The position numbers were made by a program, and so were the translations under genes. The notes under the pieces were generated by a model. That model worked only from the letters and a program-made list of their open reading frames with translations. It was not told the origin of the DNA and did no database searches. A DNA stretch of 64,000 nucleotides, from assembly GCA_012295275.1 (NCBI GenBank), contig CM022672.1, positions 17,918,001 through 17,982,000 on the forward strand, in the 5' to 3' direction. Of the stretch, positions 13,832-28,906 are shown in pieces (position 1 is the first letter of the stretch; every line of letters starts with the position of its first letter). This stretch comes from Chrysomallon squamiferum (lineage: Eukaryota; Animalia; Mollusca).

Positions 13832-15514
13832 TACGTGTACATACCAATCCCACACACACACACTAAGAACAATGCACTAAATAAAATAAACCAAATAAAG
13901 GTTCAGCTCATACTGACTTGTTTTTCTGATAAATGTTTTACTGTCGTGCTGCTTAATGCTAAACAATCAATTAGTTCACAACAGTTCAGCCAAATGAATC
14001 GTTCATTCTCCACGCAAACAGAGAACTGTTTTTGTATCCTGTTTGTGCAACTCTAATCAAGTGATACCCATGGACCACCTCTGATAAAAAGGATATGCTA
14101 AAATCAAGATCCATGTTGCAGCTTATTATATAGTTTTTCTTACCCGGTGTAAATTGTGTTTTTGTTTTCTTGTCAATCTTTGTCAGGTTCACCACTACTC
14201 CCAGTATAAAAGATAAGAAAGGTTGACTAGGAGTAACACCTTGAATATGACTTGTTTATCACACACACACACACACGAACTATCAGAATACATGTCTTGT
14301 TTCCTGTACGGTTTGTTTTACTCTTGTAATGAAATCAGATATGGCCTTCTTCTTATCTTATTAATAATGTCTGTTTTGTGATTGTTATTCTTAGTTATAT
14401 AATTTTTCGTTTGTAAAACGATTTGCTAGCTCCAAGTTACTCAGTGGACTGTAGAAAATTATTCAAGATTCAATACATTGCTACGCTAAGCACAAAATAC
14501 ATTTACATTAGCAAAGAAGGGAACTGATGACCACGACCGCCATTGTGGTGACGTCAGTAAGAAGAAGGCGATCGTCATAATCAGGATTATGATGTCAAGA
14601 TGACGATGATAACGAAGATGGCGATGTCATCATTGGTCAAGGATGATGATTTCACAATGGGCTGTGATAATGAGGAGGAGGATTGATATCGTTATAATTA
14701 TGATAATGGGAAAAAAAAAAATCTTTTTTAAAACCGCACCACACATTAGAGCTATATTACGTATTGATTTAAAATAATGTATTCCAGATATTTAAAAACT
14801 AATACATAAAATTCATGATGTAAACTACGCACGCACGCACGCACACTTTTTTCAAAAAGGTGGAGTGATATTAGTTTCTTTTTGTGAGTATTTTTGCATT
14901 TTATTTCACCAATTTGACCATGTTCTTGCGATACTGCATGAATCATTTCAATTTGTTTTATTTGAATGTTAATAAGGTCTTCATTCGGCGTCATCTGTGT
15001 TTTTGATACTGTAATGAACTAATACAGCTGTTATGTTGTTGTATTAGTGCAAGTTATTAAGTTCAATGTTTAATGAAGCAAAAACTAGTATAGTATGTTA
15101 TTGATTTCTGCACCTTTATATAGACGCGTGTGTTTTATACGTTAGTCTGTGCATTTATACATATGTACATGCAATCAAATCTAAATTAATAAAAATAAAT
15201 GTATATATAATATAGACATGTGTGTGTACCTACATGTAGATATTCATATATTCGTACACATATAGACTTGAGATAAACAAATAAATAAAAATATATATTC
15301 ATTCATTCATTCACACATACATACAGACCCATACAAACACACAAATACACACACAGACACACAAAAATACATATATACGTATATATATATATATATATAT
15401 ATACATATGAAAACCCACAATACATGTAAATTATATATATATATATATATACTTCCTACCAAACGACTGTAGTTTGACTATGACACACAGTACGGTTTCA
15501 TTATTATTTTCACG

Positions 15515-15548
15515 TATAAAAGCACAAGCACATTAGTCACAGTCAGTT
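15515..15548 (+). promoter_or_regulatory. TATA box + initiator core promoter (putative distal promoter of the PPP1R3 gene)
   Basis: TATAAAA at 15515-15521 and TCAGTT initiator with its A at 15545, exactly 30 nt downstream. Followed by a perfect AAG|GTAAGT donor at 15717/15718. Confidence 0.6.
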
Positions 15549-15717
15549 TGTTTGTATCATCATCGATAACAAAAATCACTTTGGAGAGAGAAGCTGACCG
15601 AGATACAAGCTACGGCTGAATCCGGTCACTCTAGACTAGGCTGCAAAACGATGGCTCGCTTCTGTTTGCCAATAATTTAAAGAACAGACTGGAACAGAAA
15701 TAGACAAAGAGGAAAAG
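15545..15717 (+). other. Putative non-coding first exon containing uORF MARFCLPII* (15651-15680)
   Basis: Starts at the Inr, has non-repetitive sequence and ends in a consensus donor AAG|GTAAGT. Stops occur in all frames. Assignment to PPP1R3 is inferred because it is the next + strand CDS. Confidence 0.5.
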
Positions 15718-16542
15718 GTAAGTAGCTTTCGTTGTAGTCTGCTGTTTAGAACGCACCACACAGACGCGAAAAGGTTAAGTAATAGTACGTGTGCTCTGGA
15801 TGTAAGTAACACCCGAATCTGTTTTTCGCTAAAGTTACAAATTTCTGTCTAGAGGTGATCTTTACGGCATAAGTTGAAAACATTTTTTTTTTTTTTTTTT
15901 TTTATTATTATTATTTATTGTTATTTATGAGTTATTTAAGACTGAAATCTTGCCAGCTTCTCGTGATAAGTGATTTTGGTCGTTTAAATGTATATTAAAA
16001 ATCTTGTAAGACCATAGTTAATAATCAGTGGTATGTAATAAAACAGTTGGGGCGTAATCCTAGAGGTAGGACATTCGCTGTGTTACTGATTAATGTGGAA
16101 CGATTAACTTACATTATAAACAGTTTGTATATAATAACAATAATAATAAAAAAAAAAAAAAAAAAAAAAAATAGAAAGATCTTTCTAATAAACACTGAGA
16201 TTTGTTTTGTGGAGTTAGGTTACACTATTAAAGTATGGAAATGTATGTAAATATAATAGATGATAACAGTACAATTAAAAATACAGTTCAAAAACTTGTT
16301 CCTGTTCTCGGTTAAATATGGAGAGGTGAAGACATCAACAAAGATTCATGTCTTGCCAATTCATTCTAACATATTTGCTTTCATTTACAGTGACTATTTT
16401 AAAAACGTTTGATGTATATGGTATTATTTTATTATTGTAATTTAAAAAAAAAAAAAAAAAAAAAATGTCTCTCTCTCAATGTTAAATAGTGCTGTGATAC
16501 ATACATACAGAAAGTCAGTGAATAAAAAAGAAAATGAAAGAA

Positions 16543-16851
<309 letters not shown>

Positions 16852-17628
16852 CGTTATATTTTCTGATGAGATTCCATTCTTTGTATGTATTGTAATGCCA
16901 GCAATTTCTGCCGGTGACTGAAGTTTGTGGTGGAAACTATACTAGTGTACAGTCCTTTTTCAACCAGCTTTCGGCCACTATCAGAAAACCGTCAAGCATG
17001 AAATTAGCCCGTATTATTCATCATGTCAGCGATCACTGTCCAAAGCTTGATAATGTTTACTCCTGACAGAAACTTCCATTTTGTCTGTGCTGAAACCGCT
17101 TTATATTGTAAACTAAACTTTTGATTACCGTTTTATAAAATTGATTCAGAGGTTTACAAAACTCTGTGTGAATTGCAAAATTTAAATTTACATATACATA
17201 TAATCGTTACTTTTTTGACTAACGGATTTTAAAAATACCTTTGAATAAGGGGTAAACTTATGCTGTGACTTAAAAAGTTCATATAATTTGGCAAGCTGAG
17301 TTCAGTTAAATTTAATATTCATTGAACTATCGATCGAATATTTCACACAATTTAAAGCTTATAGAAAATTTAACAATTTTAAATTTAAAATTAAATTTCT
17401 TTCTATATTTTGACAGACAAGAATATAATATCTGATGGTAACTTAATTTTGCATGTCAAACTTTTCAAACTCTACGGCAGAAAAAGTAGATTATGCAGTT
17501 TAGAAAATGTTCCTATTTTAACCTAGGATATAGCCGTAACACATAATTATTGGAATAATGAACACTGGCATAATAACCCTACTGTGATCTCACATTTTCT
17601 GAGACCTGTGCAGCTATTTACAACTGTG

Positions 17629-17797
17629 TTTCGTTAATAAGCTGTCAAACACAATAATTACGAATATCTGGGAATAGCAATATTAATATGTATAACCGAA
17701 TCTTAATATAGGTTTTTCGTTAATAAGCTGTCAAACACGATGATTATGAATATCTAGGAATAGCAATATTAATACGTATAACCAAATCTTATTATAC
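17629..17797. repeat. Tandem duplication, 86-bp unit x2
   Basis: TTTCGTTAATAAGCTGTCAAACAC...GGAATAGCAATATTAATA...AATCTT repeated at 17629 and 17715. Confidence 0.9.
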
Positions 17798-18105
17798 GTG
17801 TTGCGGTGGGTAACTTCTCTCCCAGTTTAGGACAAAAAGTGGTTAAGATTGGCAAACATTAAGAAGGCACTGGAATTTGTGTTTTTATCTTCAATATGCC
17901 AAGCAAATCAACTTCTCTGGCGCCATTTAACAAGGAATCGACATTCTCTCATCATCTCAGCTTTATACATCATCAGCAGAAACTTTTCCGTATTACAACT
18001 TAGCCTATTGGTAAACACATTTTATTTTTTTAATTAATTTTTTGTTTAAATGTCTTCATCTAGAAATATCAGATTAATCAAGTCTAAATATTTCTTTAGA
18101 TAAAA

Positions 18106-18141
<36 letters not shown>

Positions 18142-18339
18142 CTTTTTCTACAATTAATTACTACTGAAACATTTAATTTAAATGCTACGATAAAACCAGA
18201 TAGTAAGTATACAAGTATGAGCAACGTAAAGATAATGAGATAAAAAGCAGACTGCAGTCGCACGATAAACTACAGGTTTTTTTTTTTTTTCAGATAATAA
18301 TTATACGTGCATCTATGCGAGCAAATTTCTTGAAGTATT

Positions 18340-18530
18340 AATTATAAAACAGCGTAACGAAATGTCATTAAACTGTTCTATTCGAGACTGCACCAAACTG
18401 ACTCAGACAACAAATGGCGTGCACTTTTAGCATTGAAACGTCAGTTTGGTCTGTGCCAGACTCGACTCTGTCTCGTCTGTCGTGACATCATGCTGAAAAT
18501 GACATTTCACGCGTCTGCTTTTAATTAAAT
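18340..18530. repeat. Imperfect nested inverted repeat (old MITE-like)
   Basis: GAAATGTCATT / AATGACATTTC outer pair and ACCAAACTGAC / GTCAGTTTGGT inner pair. Confidence 0.4.
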
Positions 18531-18715
18531 AATTAAATTTATAGGTCGGCTCAGTTCTAAGTATTCAGGGTTGAAGAAAAGTTCAGAATTGTATTCTGTA
18601 ACAAAGAGTGTCATGTAACGAAAGTAAAATTTGTTTTTTTGCTGTGTTTAAAATTACATATTTACAAATCATTAAAACGTTTCACTTCATGGTGGCGCGT
18701 TTAATTTTATTTCTG

Positions 18716-19040
18716 TCTCAGAAAATAATCGTCTGGATTATTATAACATTGCGTTATTTTAACAAGATTGTGTTTTTCTTCTTCTTGTTTTCCTCTTTTC
18801 TTTTTGGGTTCCTGTTCTTTTTCTCCTCTTTCTGTCAACTTTATTATTATTATTTTTTTTTTTAATGATTTTTTGCTCATTTGTTTTTAATTTATTTTTT
18901 CGTTCAGTCCTCAGACAATAATAAAAATCATTAAAATATTGTGTTTATTTAACAAGATCCTAAATCTCTTTTTCGTCTTGTTTTCGTCGTTTCTTTCTGG
19001 TTTTCCTATTATTTCGTCTTCTTCATTTCTGTTTCAGTTT
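18716..19040. repeat. Degenerate tandem duplication, ~190-bp unit x2
   Basis: CTCAGA.AATAAT...TTTAACAAGAT...TCTTGTTTTC occurs at about 18717 and 18910. Confidence 0.5.
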
Positions 19041-19899
19041 TAATACATACATACATACATACATACATACATAAATACATACATACATATGTACGTACGT
19101 ACACACAAGGACGCACACACACACATATATATAAATAATTAAATACCTATAACTACAGATTACAGGAATTATCTTAATTACCTAATATGATAAAGATTAT
19201 TATATATATATATACATACATGATTGTAGTTATTATTTATTTTTTAAAATAAAATCTACTTTATCATATTTTGTAATTAAGATAATTCTTGTAACCTGAA
19301 GTTCTATGGCGTCATACATTATTATGATTACGAAACAGTCTGGCAATGAGCGAGGAACTAACAACAAGGGGTCATTTACTCTCCAGAGCTAAGCATATTT
19401 ACCAGTCTTGTGTGTATTGTCTGAAACATGAAACCAAAAAAAAATGTGACGACGTAAAATGATGTTGATCTGGCGACCAATTATAGTTCAACCACCGAGC
19501 TTCTGGCATGTTTGTTCGGAGAAAATAAATATGGATTGTTTTTTTCATAACCAAAGAAAGATGAATGATGTAAATAAATGATGGATAATAATAAATGATG
19601 ATGATGTTGATGTTGATGGTAATAAAATTAAATAAAAACATCAACAAATAAACAAATAAATAACCTTAGTGTTTGACATCTATCAGTTGACATGTTTTTC
19701 TCGTGCAACGTCGTTAAATTTTCTTTTTACTACGATCTCTACTGCTATGTTGCTGTTGCTACTGCTACTACTGCTACTACTACTACTGCTGCTACTACTA
19801 CTACTGCTGCTATTACTATTATAATTATTGTTAATACTTCTCTTACTGAAACTATTACTGCTACTGCAACCACTACTACTTCTATTATTATTACTGCTT

Positions 19900-19935
<36 letters not shown>

Positions 19936-20334
19936 TGCTCATACGTTCAAAAATTTTGTGTGCTGTTTCCATATAGGCTTAAAAAATACCAGTAAAAGGA
20001 ACGGTTCCAGGATTTCAAAAAAGGGGCGACTTCATTACAAACAAACAGAAAAAGGAGTAGCTGGAAAAAAAAAAAAAAAAAAAAAACCCCGCAGGAATGC
20101 ACTTTATTAAACAGGATTTACATTTTTTATATAATTGTTTTTATTCATTATATAGCAGTTTTATGACAATATTGTGACCTGTTCCTCTTTTCCAGTTTCA
20201 GTAGTCATTCATTTAAGTAGTTCTTTCCTTGATGTTTCGTTGATAAAAAACCACGCCTACATTCCAAAAATAAATGTAGGGATTTTCCCAGTTTACCGCC
20301 ATCATGACCTTATTTTCGTTTTAGATACACTGTC

Positions 20335-20634
20335 GTATGTTTTGTGACTTTGACACTCTGACGGACAACCTCGGTGTTTATATATATATATATATATATT
20401 ACACACCTACACATACATAAACATACACATACACAGACACATACACATACACACGTGTACATACATGCATATATACATAATTATATACATACAAACATAC
20501 AGACACATACAAACAAACATACATACATACATACACACACACATACATACATACATACATACATACATACATACATACTTACATACAGGCATACATACTT
20601 ACATACAGTCATACATACAATACACATATATTCG

Positions 20635-20687
<53 letters not shown>

Positions 20688-21291
20688 CTATTTGAAAGAA
20701 AAGTTAAGTGTCACAAAAAACTGATTATTTGTTAAATGATCATTCATATTCAATCATTCTTTTTTAATCAAGGAATAGACGTATGAACAAATACATAAAT
20801 ATATAAATATCAAAAGAAATAAAAAGTGTTAGTGTTTTGTTTATTATGTTGCTCTGTTTGTTTTTTCGGTTTATTTTGTTTGTTGTTTTGTTTAATTTTT
20901 TAATTTTTTTTTATTTATTATTATTTTTTAATTTTAGAGTGGAATATTTAAGTTCATGTATTTCGTTTCATTGTAAAAGTTCATTGTAATATTACTACTA
21001 TATAATAATGAAGACGATAATGGTAAAAAATAAACTAAATAAAAATACATATAACAAACAAACAAACAAACAAATAAGTAATTGACATTTTTGTGAATTC
21101 TGTTACATAAACAAAGAAAACAAGAATGAAGATCGTGATAAATATACACAATACAATAAGCACGATCATAAAACATACTGAACTTACATACACATGGAAA
21201 AAAAACACATAAGCCAATAAACAAACATAACGTATGTATTATGCAATAACACCCAGCTGACTCATACATTAAGATTAAAACAAAATGTAAT

Positions 21292-21333
<42 letters not shown>

Positions 21334-21357
21334 AAAAAGCATTTTTGAAATTACATC

Positions 21358-21420
<63 letters not shown>

Positions 21421-21424
21421 TAAT

Positions 21425-21458
<34 letters not shown>

Positions 21459-21518
21459 GATAAACTGATATACGTTTTGTAAGCTTGACACTCTGACGGA
21501 ACACCTCGACATTTATTA

Positions 21519-21562
<44 letters not shown>

Positions 21563-21817
21563 TTTTTTATTTTATTTATAGATTAAAATGTCGAGCTGGT
21601 CCGTTAGAGTGTCGAGGTTATAAAATATACATCAGCGTATCCTCACCCCCCCAAAAAATTATAATAATAATAATTTTAAAAATGCTTAAGCAAATTGTAC
21701 CCCTTTCGTTATTTTTATTTTTGTAAGAAATACATTTTGTTTTAATCGTAAAGTATGAGTCAGCTATTCTGGGTATTATTGCACTACATGTCCAGAATAT
21801 AACACATACATTATTAG

Positions 21818-21861
<44 letters not shown>

Positions 21862-22010
21862 GGCACAAATAGCCATGTTCGTCTTTGTTCACAGACATCC
21901 ACACATGCATACATATATGCACATATACATCTATACATACAAACATACATTTATACATACATATAGGCATATATAGAATACACATATATTACTAGAGGTC
22001 TATTTCTCCG

Positions 22011-22068
<58 letters not shown>

Positions 22069-23100
22069 AGAAAAGTTAACTGTTAAATAATCATACATAT
22101 TCAATCATTGTTTTTTAATCAAGAAATAGACAAATGAAGAAATATATAAATATATAAATAAATAATGATAATAACTAAAAAAAACATTAAATTAATTCAT
22201 TAATTAAGAAACAAACAGTAAACAAATTAATAAACATGAAAAAAAAAAAAAAAAAAAAAAAAATAAAACAACAACAAAGATTAAAAATTAAAAAAAAAAA
22301 AAAAAAACGACAACAATTATTAGATTTTTATAAGCATGTAGAATAAATTAATTTAATGCTGAATTTTTAATTATAATTGTTTTGTGGGGGGTTAAACCTT
22401 CCGCATGTCACTTGTCTGTTATTATGTGTACACACACTGATCGCTAAACATATACATTGTAACAGTGTAAGTAAATATACTGCTTTTACTTTACTTGATG
22501 TTTGTAAACTGTAAATTAGAAACCAGTTATCTACAAACAAATAAACATAGCAAAATTAGTTTGTCGAAGTATGGAGTGTTGGTGTTTTCTTTTTGTCTTT
22601 TTTATTGTTTGTTTTGTATGTTGTTTTGTTTTATTTTTAATTTTAGTTGTTTGTTATTTTATATTGTTTTTTTTTTATAATGGAATATTTAAGTTCATGA
22701 ATTTCGTTTCAGATGTCAAAACTACAGTGTAATATCACTAATATATAATAATGACTACGATAACTGTAATAAATCATTTAAAAAATGAAATAAAATTATA
22801 AACAAATAAACAAACAAATAAGTAATGGACGTTTTTGTGAATTCCGTGACATAAACAAAGAAAACCAGAATGACCGTCAGTTATAAATACACACAACACA
22901 ACAAGCATGCTCATAATGCATGGTGAATTTACATACACATGGGCAAAAAACACATAATCCAATAAACAAACATAATGCATGTATTATATTCTGTACGTGT
23001 AGTGCAATAATACCAAGGACAGCTGACTCATACTTTAAGATTAAAACAAAATGTATTTCTAAAAAAAAGCATTTGTAAGATTATTATTATTATTATTGTT
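20335..23100. mobile_element. Tandemly duplicated 1.1-1.6-kb element with long inverted arms (foldback/MITE-like)
   Basis: Direct homology 20694-20810 / 22066-22160 and 20937-21300 / 22678-23070. Inverted arm 21586-21815 matches 21226-21514 and 22972-23100. TTGACACTCTGACGGA occurs at about 20349 and 21485. Confidence 0.7.
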
Positions 23101-23164
23101 GTCGTTATGTATTTATTTATTGAACCAGTATATGTAATCATCTGAGTCTTACGAAACAAATAAA

Positions 23165-23205
<41 letters not shown>

Positions 23206-23406
23206 AATTCTTCATGTGATGCCTAATATATTTATTAATCTTCATCGTAAACGCGTTCTCTGTCAGCTAACAAACACAGCAAAGTGATAAAAACCGTAAA
23301 CAGCCGATGTACGAAAACCAGGTCATAATTTTGTTCTTTTCGCAGTTCGATCGTGCACAGACGAGAAAAGTTACACTGCTCTTTCTGATTCAAAGCTTAG
23401 CTAGGG

Positions 23407-23444
<38 letters not shown>

Positions 23445-23647
23445 TGACAGCTCTTCTCGTATAAACCAATTCAGCTGAGAATCATTTTGTCCAAGGATCT
23501 TTTTTTTTTTTTTTTCTTATCAACAAAATAAAGAATATCGGTCGCTTGATGTTTTACAGTTCAGAGCACATCCTGAATTGACTCAAAGCATAAAGCTGTG
23601 TAGATATTGTATGTTATTTTTAATGTACTTTTATATCTTATATATCT

Positions 23648-23678
<31 letters not shown>

Positions 23679-24347
23679 AACATTTTCTGCAACGCATACG
23701 TTATTACATATATTTTAATAACAGTGGTGTAACTTTATATCACTTGGAGCGAGGTTTTTGAAATCCTAGCCATATCAGCAAAATCACACATAAGTGTCTA
23801 GCAATAATGCGACAGTGGTAAGATTTAAATTATAAACTGTTAAAAATAATAGTGGTTTAATAGAGGTTAAATAATAAACTGTAACATATATGGCTACTAA
23901 GGCATAATGAAAAACTGTCAAATTTAATCGTACTACTGTGCTATGAAAAAGGTAAAATATGACATTTGTAAAGACAGTCACATGATAAGTAAAGCAACAG
24001 AATTTTTTTTAAATTAAAGTGGTAGCGATAATGCAATAATGTTAAGGTCTATCGATAAACTGTAAAATGAAACTGTGCTAAGATATTGTATTTCTTGGAT
24101 TAACTAAAATTATATTAATTAAAACTTATTTGGTTAAGGGCGTTTTTAAAAAAAATGTTCAGCTTTAATTGTGAAGAAATTCTTAGGTGAATCTTGAAGT
24201 TTTAAAAATCAGCAAGGAATACGTTTAAAACTGCTTTAGAAAAATAAATTTCTTAATATGTCCAATTGTTAAAAAAAATTTTTGATACTTGATTATTTCC
24301 ATTTACTTATTTAAATGTTGGTTCTTTTTTTTTTTTTTTTTCTTCAG

Positions 24348-24401
24348 GTATTAAAAACAAGAAAACAGCAGAGATGAAAACAACATAGAACTTTTTCGAT
24401 G
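24348..24401 (+). other. Putative 54-nt non-coding internal (5'UTR) exon
   Basis: Long T tract + CTTCAG acceptor (AG at 24346-24347) and ATG|GTAAGC donor. Stops occur in all three frames. Confidence 0.5.
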
Positions 24402-26150
24402 GTAAGCAAATTTATTTTTATTTTTTTCTCCCCAGGAATAAATATATTTTTTCATTTATGAACACCGAGTTACATATATAGGCTAATATAATCTACCCTC
24501 ATTTTATCCAAATGTCTGTGCATTATACAGATTTGGCTGGTTTTCGACATCGGCAAAGCGAAGTCAGTGTGTCCACACACTAAGGTCGTTGTCATACTTA
24601 CTCACTTACTGCAAAATTATTTATTTGTAATTACCGCTGTCATATTTTCTGTAGTTTTTTTTTTTTTATATATATATTATCTTTTATATCTTGTCACTTT
24701 GTCCTTCATTTACCTTTATTATGACAGTAGATGTTTTTGTTGTTCTCATAATCCTGGCGGGTACATTAAACTTTAAATGTTTACGGCAACCCGAGGGCTT
24801 AAAGCATATTAGCTTGTTTGTGACGACGAGTTTGTGATAGCCGATATGTCACGGTTAGCTTAACACGTCAAGGGTTAACAACAATACGTGATTATAAATA
24901 ACGGTGATAATAGAATGATTAAGACGTAATGATTATAGTAAGAATTGATAATATAATCATTCGAAAAAAAAAAAAAACAAAGAAAAAAAAAAATGAAATA
25001 AATAATTGAATAAAAAAAAATCAAAAAAAAAAAAAAAAAAAAAAAAAATCAAATAATTAGAAAAAAGCCAAAGAAAAACAACAAACAAGAACAAGAAAAG
25101 TAACAAAACCAAACCAGAAAAAAAAAAACAATCTTTAACTCTAGGCCTTGGGTGTTGCATGTAAATTGCTTTCCTGTGTTCGATGACTCCTACTCTTACG
25201 TTCAGTGTGTTGCTTGCGGATTCTCTGTTTGTGGCTGATATGTTCCCAATTTATTCAACATCGCAATGTCTGTCACTAGCTCCGCGAATAAAACTGTCAC
25301 AGAGATTCAGACGTCAAGGATTCAACCTTGCAGAGCTATTCAAAGACGTATTACCAGAGTGTCCCCGATATCGTACAAACTTTCGCAGGGTACATTTGTA
25401 TAAGTAACTAATACCTTTAATTAAGCAATGAAAACCAGACAGATAAATGTTTTGTAAAAAATATGAATCTTTCAATCTTTCATTCTGATTATTTTATGAA
25501 GATTTCGAAAATATAAAAAAAAAAAAAAAAATGCTTTCTCTGCTCTCTCCTCAAACAAACCCTATAATGACAAACATAAAGTGTATCTACCACTCTCAAG
25601 TAATTTATTCCAGTACTCGAGATGAGCTTAAGAACATTATTTAGTTTTAGGGTAATGACCTGTGAACACTGGTAAAATGACAACCTTGACACGACGTCTG
25701 CACACGGTGTTGTCGGAGCGCCAGTCTGTCTCTCAGACGACATCCAATACTGCCAATTGTGTCTGGCGAGGTTTCAGCTGCATTACCATTCCTGATTGGA
25801 AAAAACCAACAAAAAAAACCCCAAAATTAATAAAATATATACTAGAGAGAGACATTGCGACAAGATGAGGTGGTGCTGTGGAAATGATTTATTTTAAAAT
25901 TTATGAAGAAATGATTATAGTGCCAGTAGTAGTAGTAGTAGAAGTACAAAAAGAAGTCAAAATTAGTTGTAGAGATAGTTTCAGTAGTAGTAGTAGTAAT
26001 AAGAATGACAGAGGTATCTGCAGCCAAGAAATAAAATTTTGAAGAGAAAAAAAAAAAAAAAACCAAAAAAAAAAAAAAAAAAAAAAATAAAAATAAAAAT
26101 AATAAAATAAATAAATAAATAAATAAATAATAAGCCTATTATAAAATAAA

Positions 26151-26196
<46 letters not shown>

Positions 26197-28844
26197 AAAA
26201 CTAAAGTAAAAATAAGTAAACAGCTACGTGTGTATTTTGTAACCAGTAATTAATTCATTATTTTTTTTCTCTCTCTCTCCACAAAGTAACATTACACCTA
26301 AACAATGCAATAGGCCAATTTATGATAAATTACACACTTGTGGTTAAGCTCACATTTCTTGTCGAACTAAGGTGTACTGTTCTTGATTTATCTGGCTGTT
26401 AAAAAACAACACTTGTTTTTGGTTATTCTGTAACACGAAGTGTCCAAAGCCATAAAACATGCAGTTTAACAGGCAGACGATGTCTTTTTCTGAAAACAAT
26501 TGTGTGGTTTTAAACTGCGCCCCGGGTCAGCGTGGTAACGTAGAAATAAATGAGCTAACACTTTTAAAGAACTGTGTGTGCGCATGTGTGTGTGTCTGTG
26601 TGTGTGTGTGTGTGTGTGTGTCTACGATTGTATGTGTTTGCGTATGTGTGTGTGTGTGTGTTTACATTATGCGCCTATTTATACATTTGTATTATATTTT
26701 GTATGTTATATATTGTGGTTTATTGTTTGTATGCTTGTATGTTTTTAATATATATATATATTTAGAAAATATTTAAAAAAACAAAAAAATGCTTTCTGTG
26801 CTCTCTCACTCATATATATATATATTTATAAAAGCTTTATGATTTGTATCCATATATGTACGTTTGTTTGCGTGTTGCTAAAGAGCAAAAAAAAAAAAAA
26901 AAACACATCAACAACAACAACAACACCAAAACTGCAACATACATAGACAGCTTAAACGAACAATACATTCACAGAAAATAAAACTATAGTCGAACGTAAC
27001 AATAACTGTGACTCATCCCAGCAACACTTACACAGATTGAGACTTGGTGAACTGGAAAAACAAACACAGACCAACAAACAACAATAATAATAATAATAAT
27101 CAGAGGCTCTAAAATAATCATCGCCACATCGATTTTTTTTTTATTGGTTTTCACTGGAGCGATGCGAATCTAGCGAACCTGTCAAGATATCGATTATGTC
27201 TTAATGAAAATTTGTGTTGCTGAGTCAAGCGTAAGTAATACAGCATTTACGTGCCCGCTGTCCTAGAAAACGGATCAGGTCAAAGCATACACGCTGCCGG
27301 ACAAAACACCACTGGACAGAACCCTGGTCATTCACCAGCCAACGTCGGAACGGCATAAGTTACTCTTAAAATAAGAAATCATTACATCGGCGCAGTATTA
27401 TGTCAGTTAAAAGTAACCTTCACGTTATTAATGACAAATACTTCAGGTACAAGTCAGGAGACTTTAACTGTAATATATGATTCTGGTGGTGTTTTTAAAA
27501 AGCTCTCTTGGTTGTACTCGACAGTGCTGTGGGACAGTTGAATAGGGAGGGGGGACTACGTGTGACTGCATATTTAAATTTGATATGATACGACTGTTGC
27601 TGAGCAGAGAGCAAGAAACGAGGAAGTAGATGGCAGGGAAAGGGTTAAACACACTCTGCAAAACGGCCTTGGATTAAAAACTCTAAACTGAAGCTTTTAA
27701 ATAATTTAATGCGAAGCGATATTTAACCAAGCTTGTATTTCAACCGGAGTAAAAAGAAAAAAAAAAAACAACAACACGCATGCGCTTTATGGGTTTCCGG
27801 TGGGTGGATCAGTGCTGAATTGCTGACGAAAAGTTACAGACTTCTAGAAAATTTGTCATTGCTCTAAGCAACAGGCGGTGATTATCACGTTCTTGACTTC
27901 AGCTAATATTGAGAATTTCTAGAAGAATATGTCTTTCTACTGCAATATTTCAGTCACAGTTACGCAGTACAGAATCTTAGTCCCTCGCCTACAGTACAAC
28001 GCATAGTCACATCAAAATGTGCAGACATGCATCCAAACGCACACAGGGCATTCTGTTACCCGCACTCGCGCACGTATACCCGCAAACACAATTACAGGGT
28101 AGGTTTCTCGGTAGGTTTATTCTGTGCCTAGCTGTTATCCGACCTTGTTCGAAACGCTTTGAAAAATTATTTAATAACTGCCTACATTAAGCTGCAAGAC
28201 CTCGATTCAAATGTCAGCATAATGTGTGCTTGCTGTTTTATTGTGCTATTAAACGTGATGCTCATTAGAATTTCCAGCCAAAAAAAAAAAAAATATATTT
28301 TTTTAAAAAAATGGAACTTCACACTTCTTTTTTACGTGTGCAAAATAATTGACTGAAACTTTTCGCTAATTGCAACAACACAAAATTTTTATGGTTATTA
28401 CTTCATTATCCGCAATCGAATATTAACGTCTAAATGTAATCATCTCGAACCATTCCGGGGACGGATCGACTGCCAGCAAACACGTATTGCGCAAGATCTA
28501 TTGGGCTTACGTTGGGTACGATGTAGACAGAGAGTTAGACTAATAGATAAAAAGAAGACATTGACAAGCAATTGGCGGTTTGCCAGATGGTGACGTAGCG
28601 TATTGTCTGTTGCAAACAATATTTAGAACAATAGTTTTTGTTTTTTTTAAACAATTAATCACTTATGTCACTGCAGACATTTAGACCGTGATATTCGACA
28701 AGCTTCAGAAGTTGGTAACTTTTTGCAAAGAATCAAGTCTACCTATAGCTAGATGTATGCATTGGTTACGGATAAAGGGGGGATAATCAGGCCAAGGTCT
28801 TTCAGAATGAGTGATTAAAATAGCGTTTTTTTAATTTTTATTCG

Positions 28845-28906
<62 letters not shown>

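Noticed and set aside
14524-14557. CTGATGA followed by a CCAC/GTGG stem (hammerhead-like)
   Set aside because: No GAAA follows stem II. It is only a short imperfect hairpin containing a CRE.
27635-27650. GGGTTAA / TTAACCC piggyBac-like termini (also about 7183 and 24872)
   Set aside because: No matching partner TIR beyond 7-9 bp could be found.
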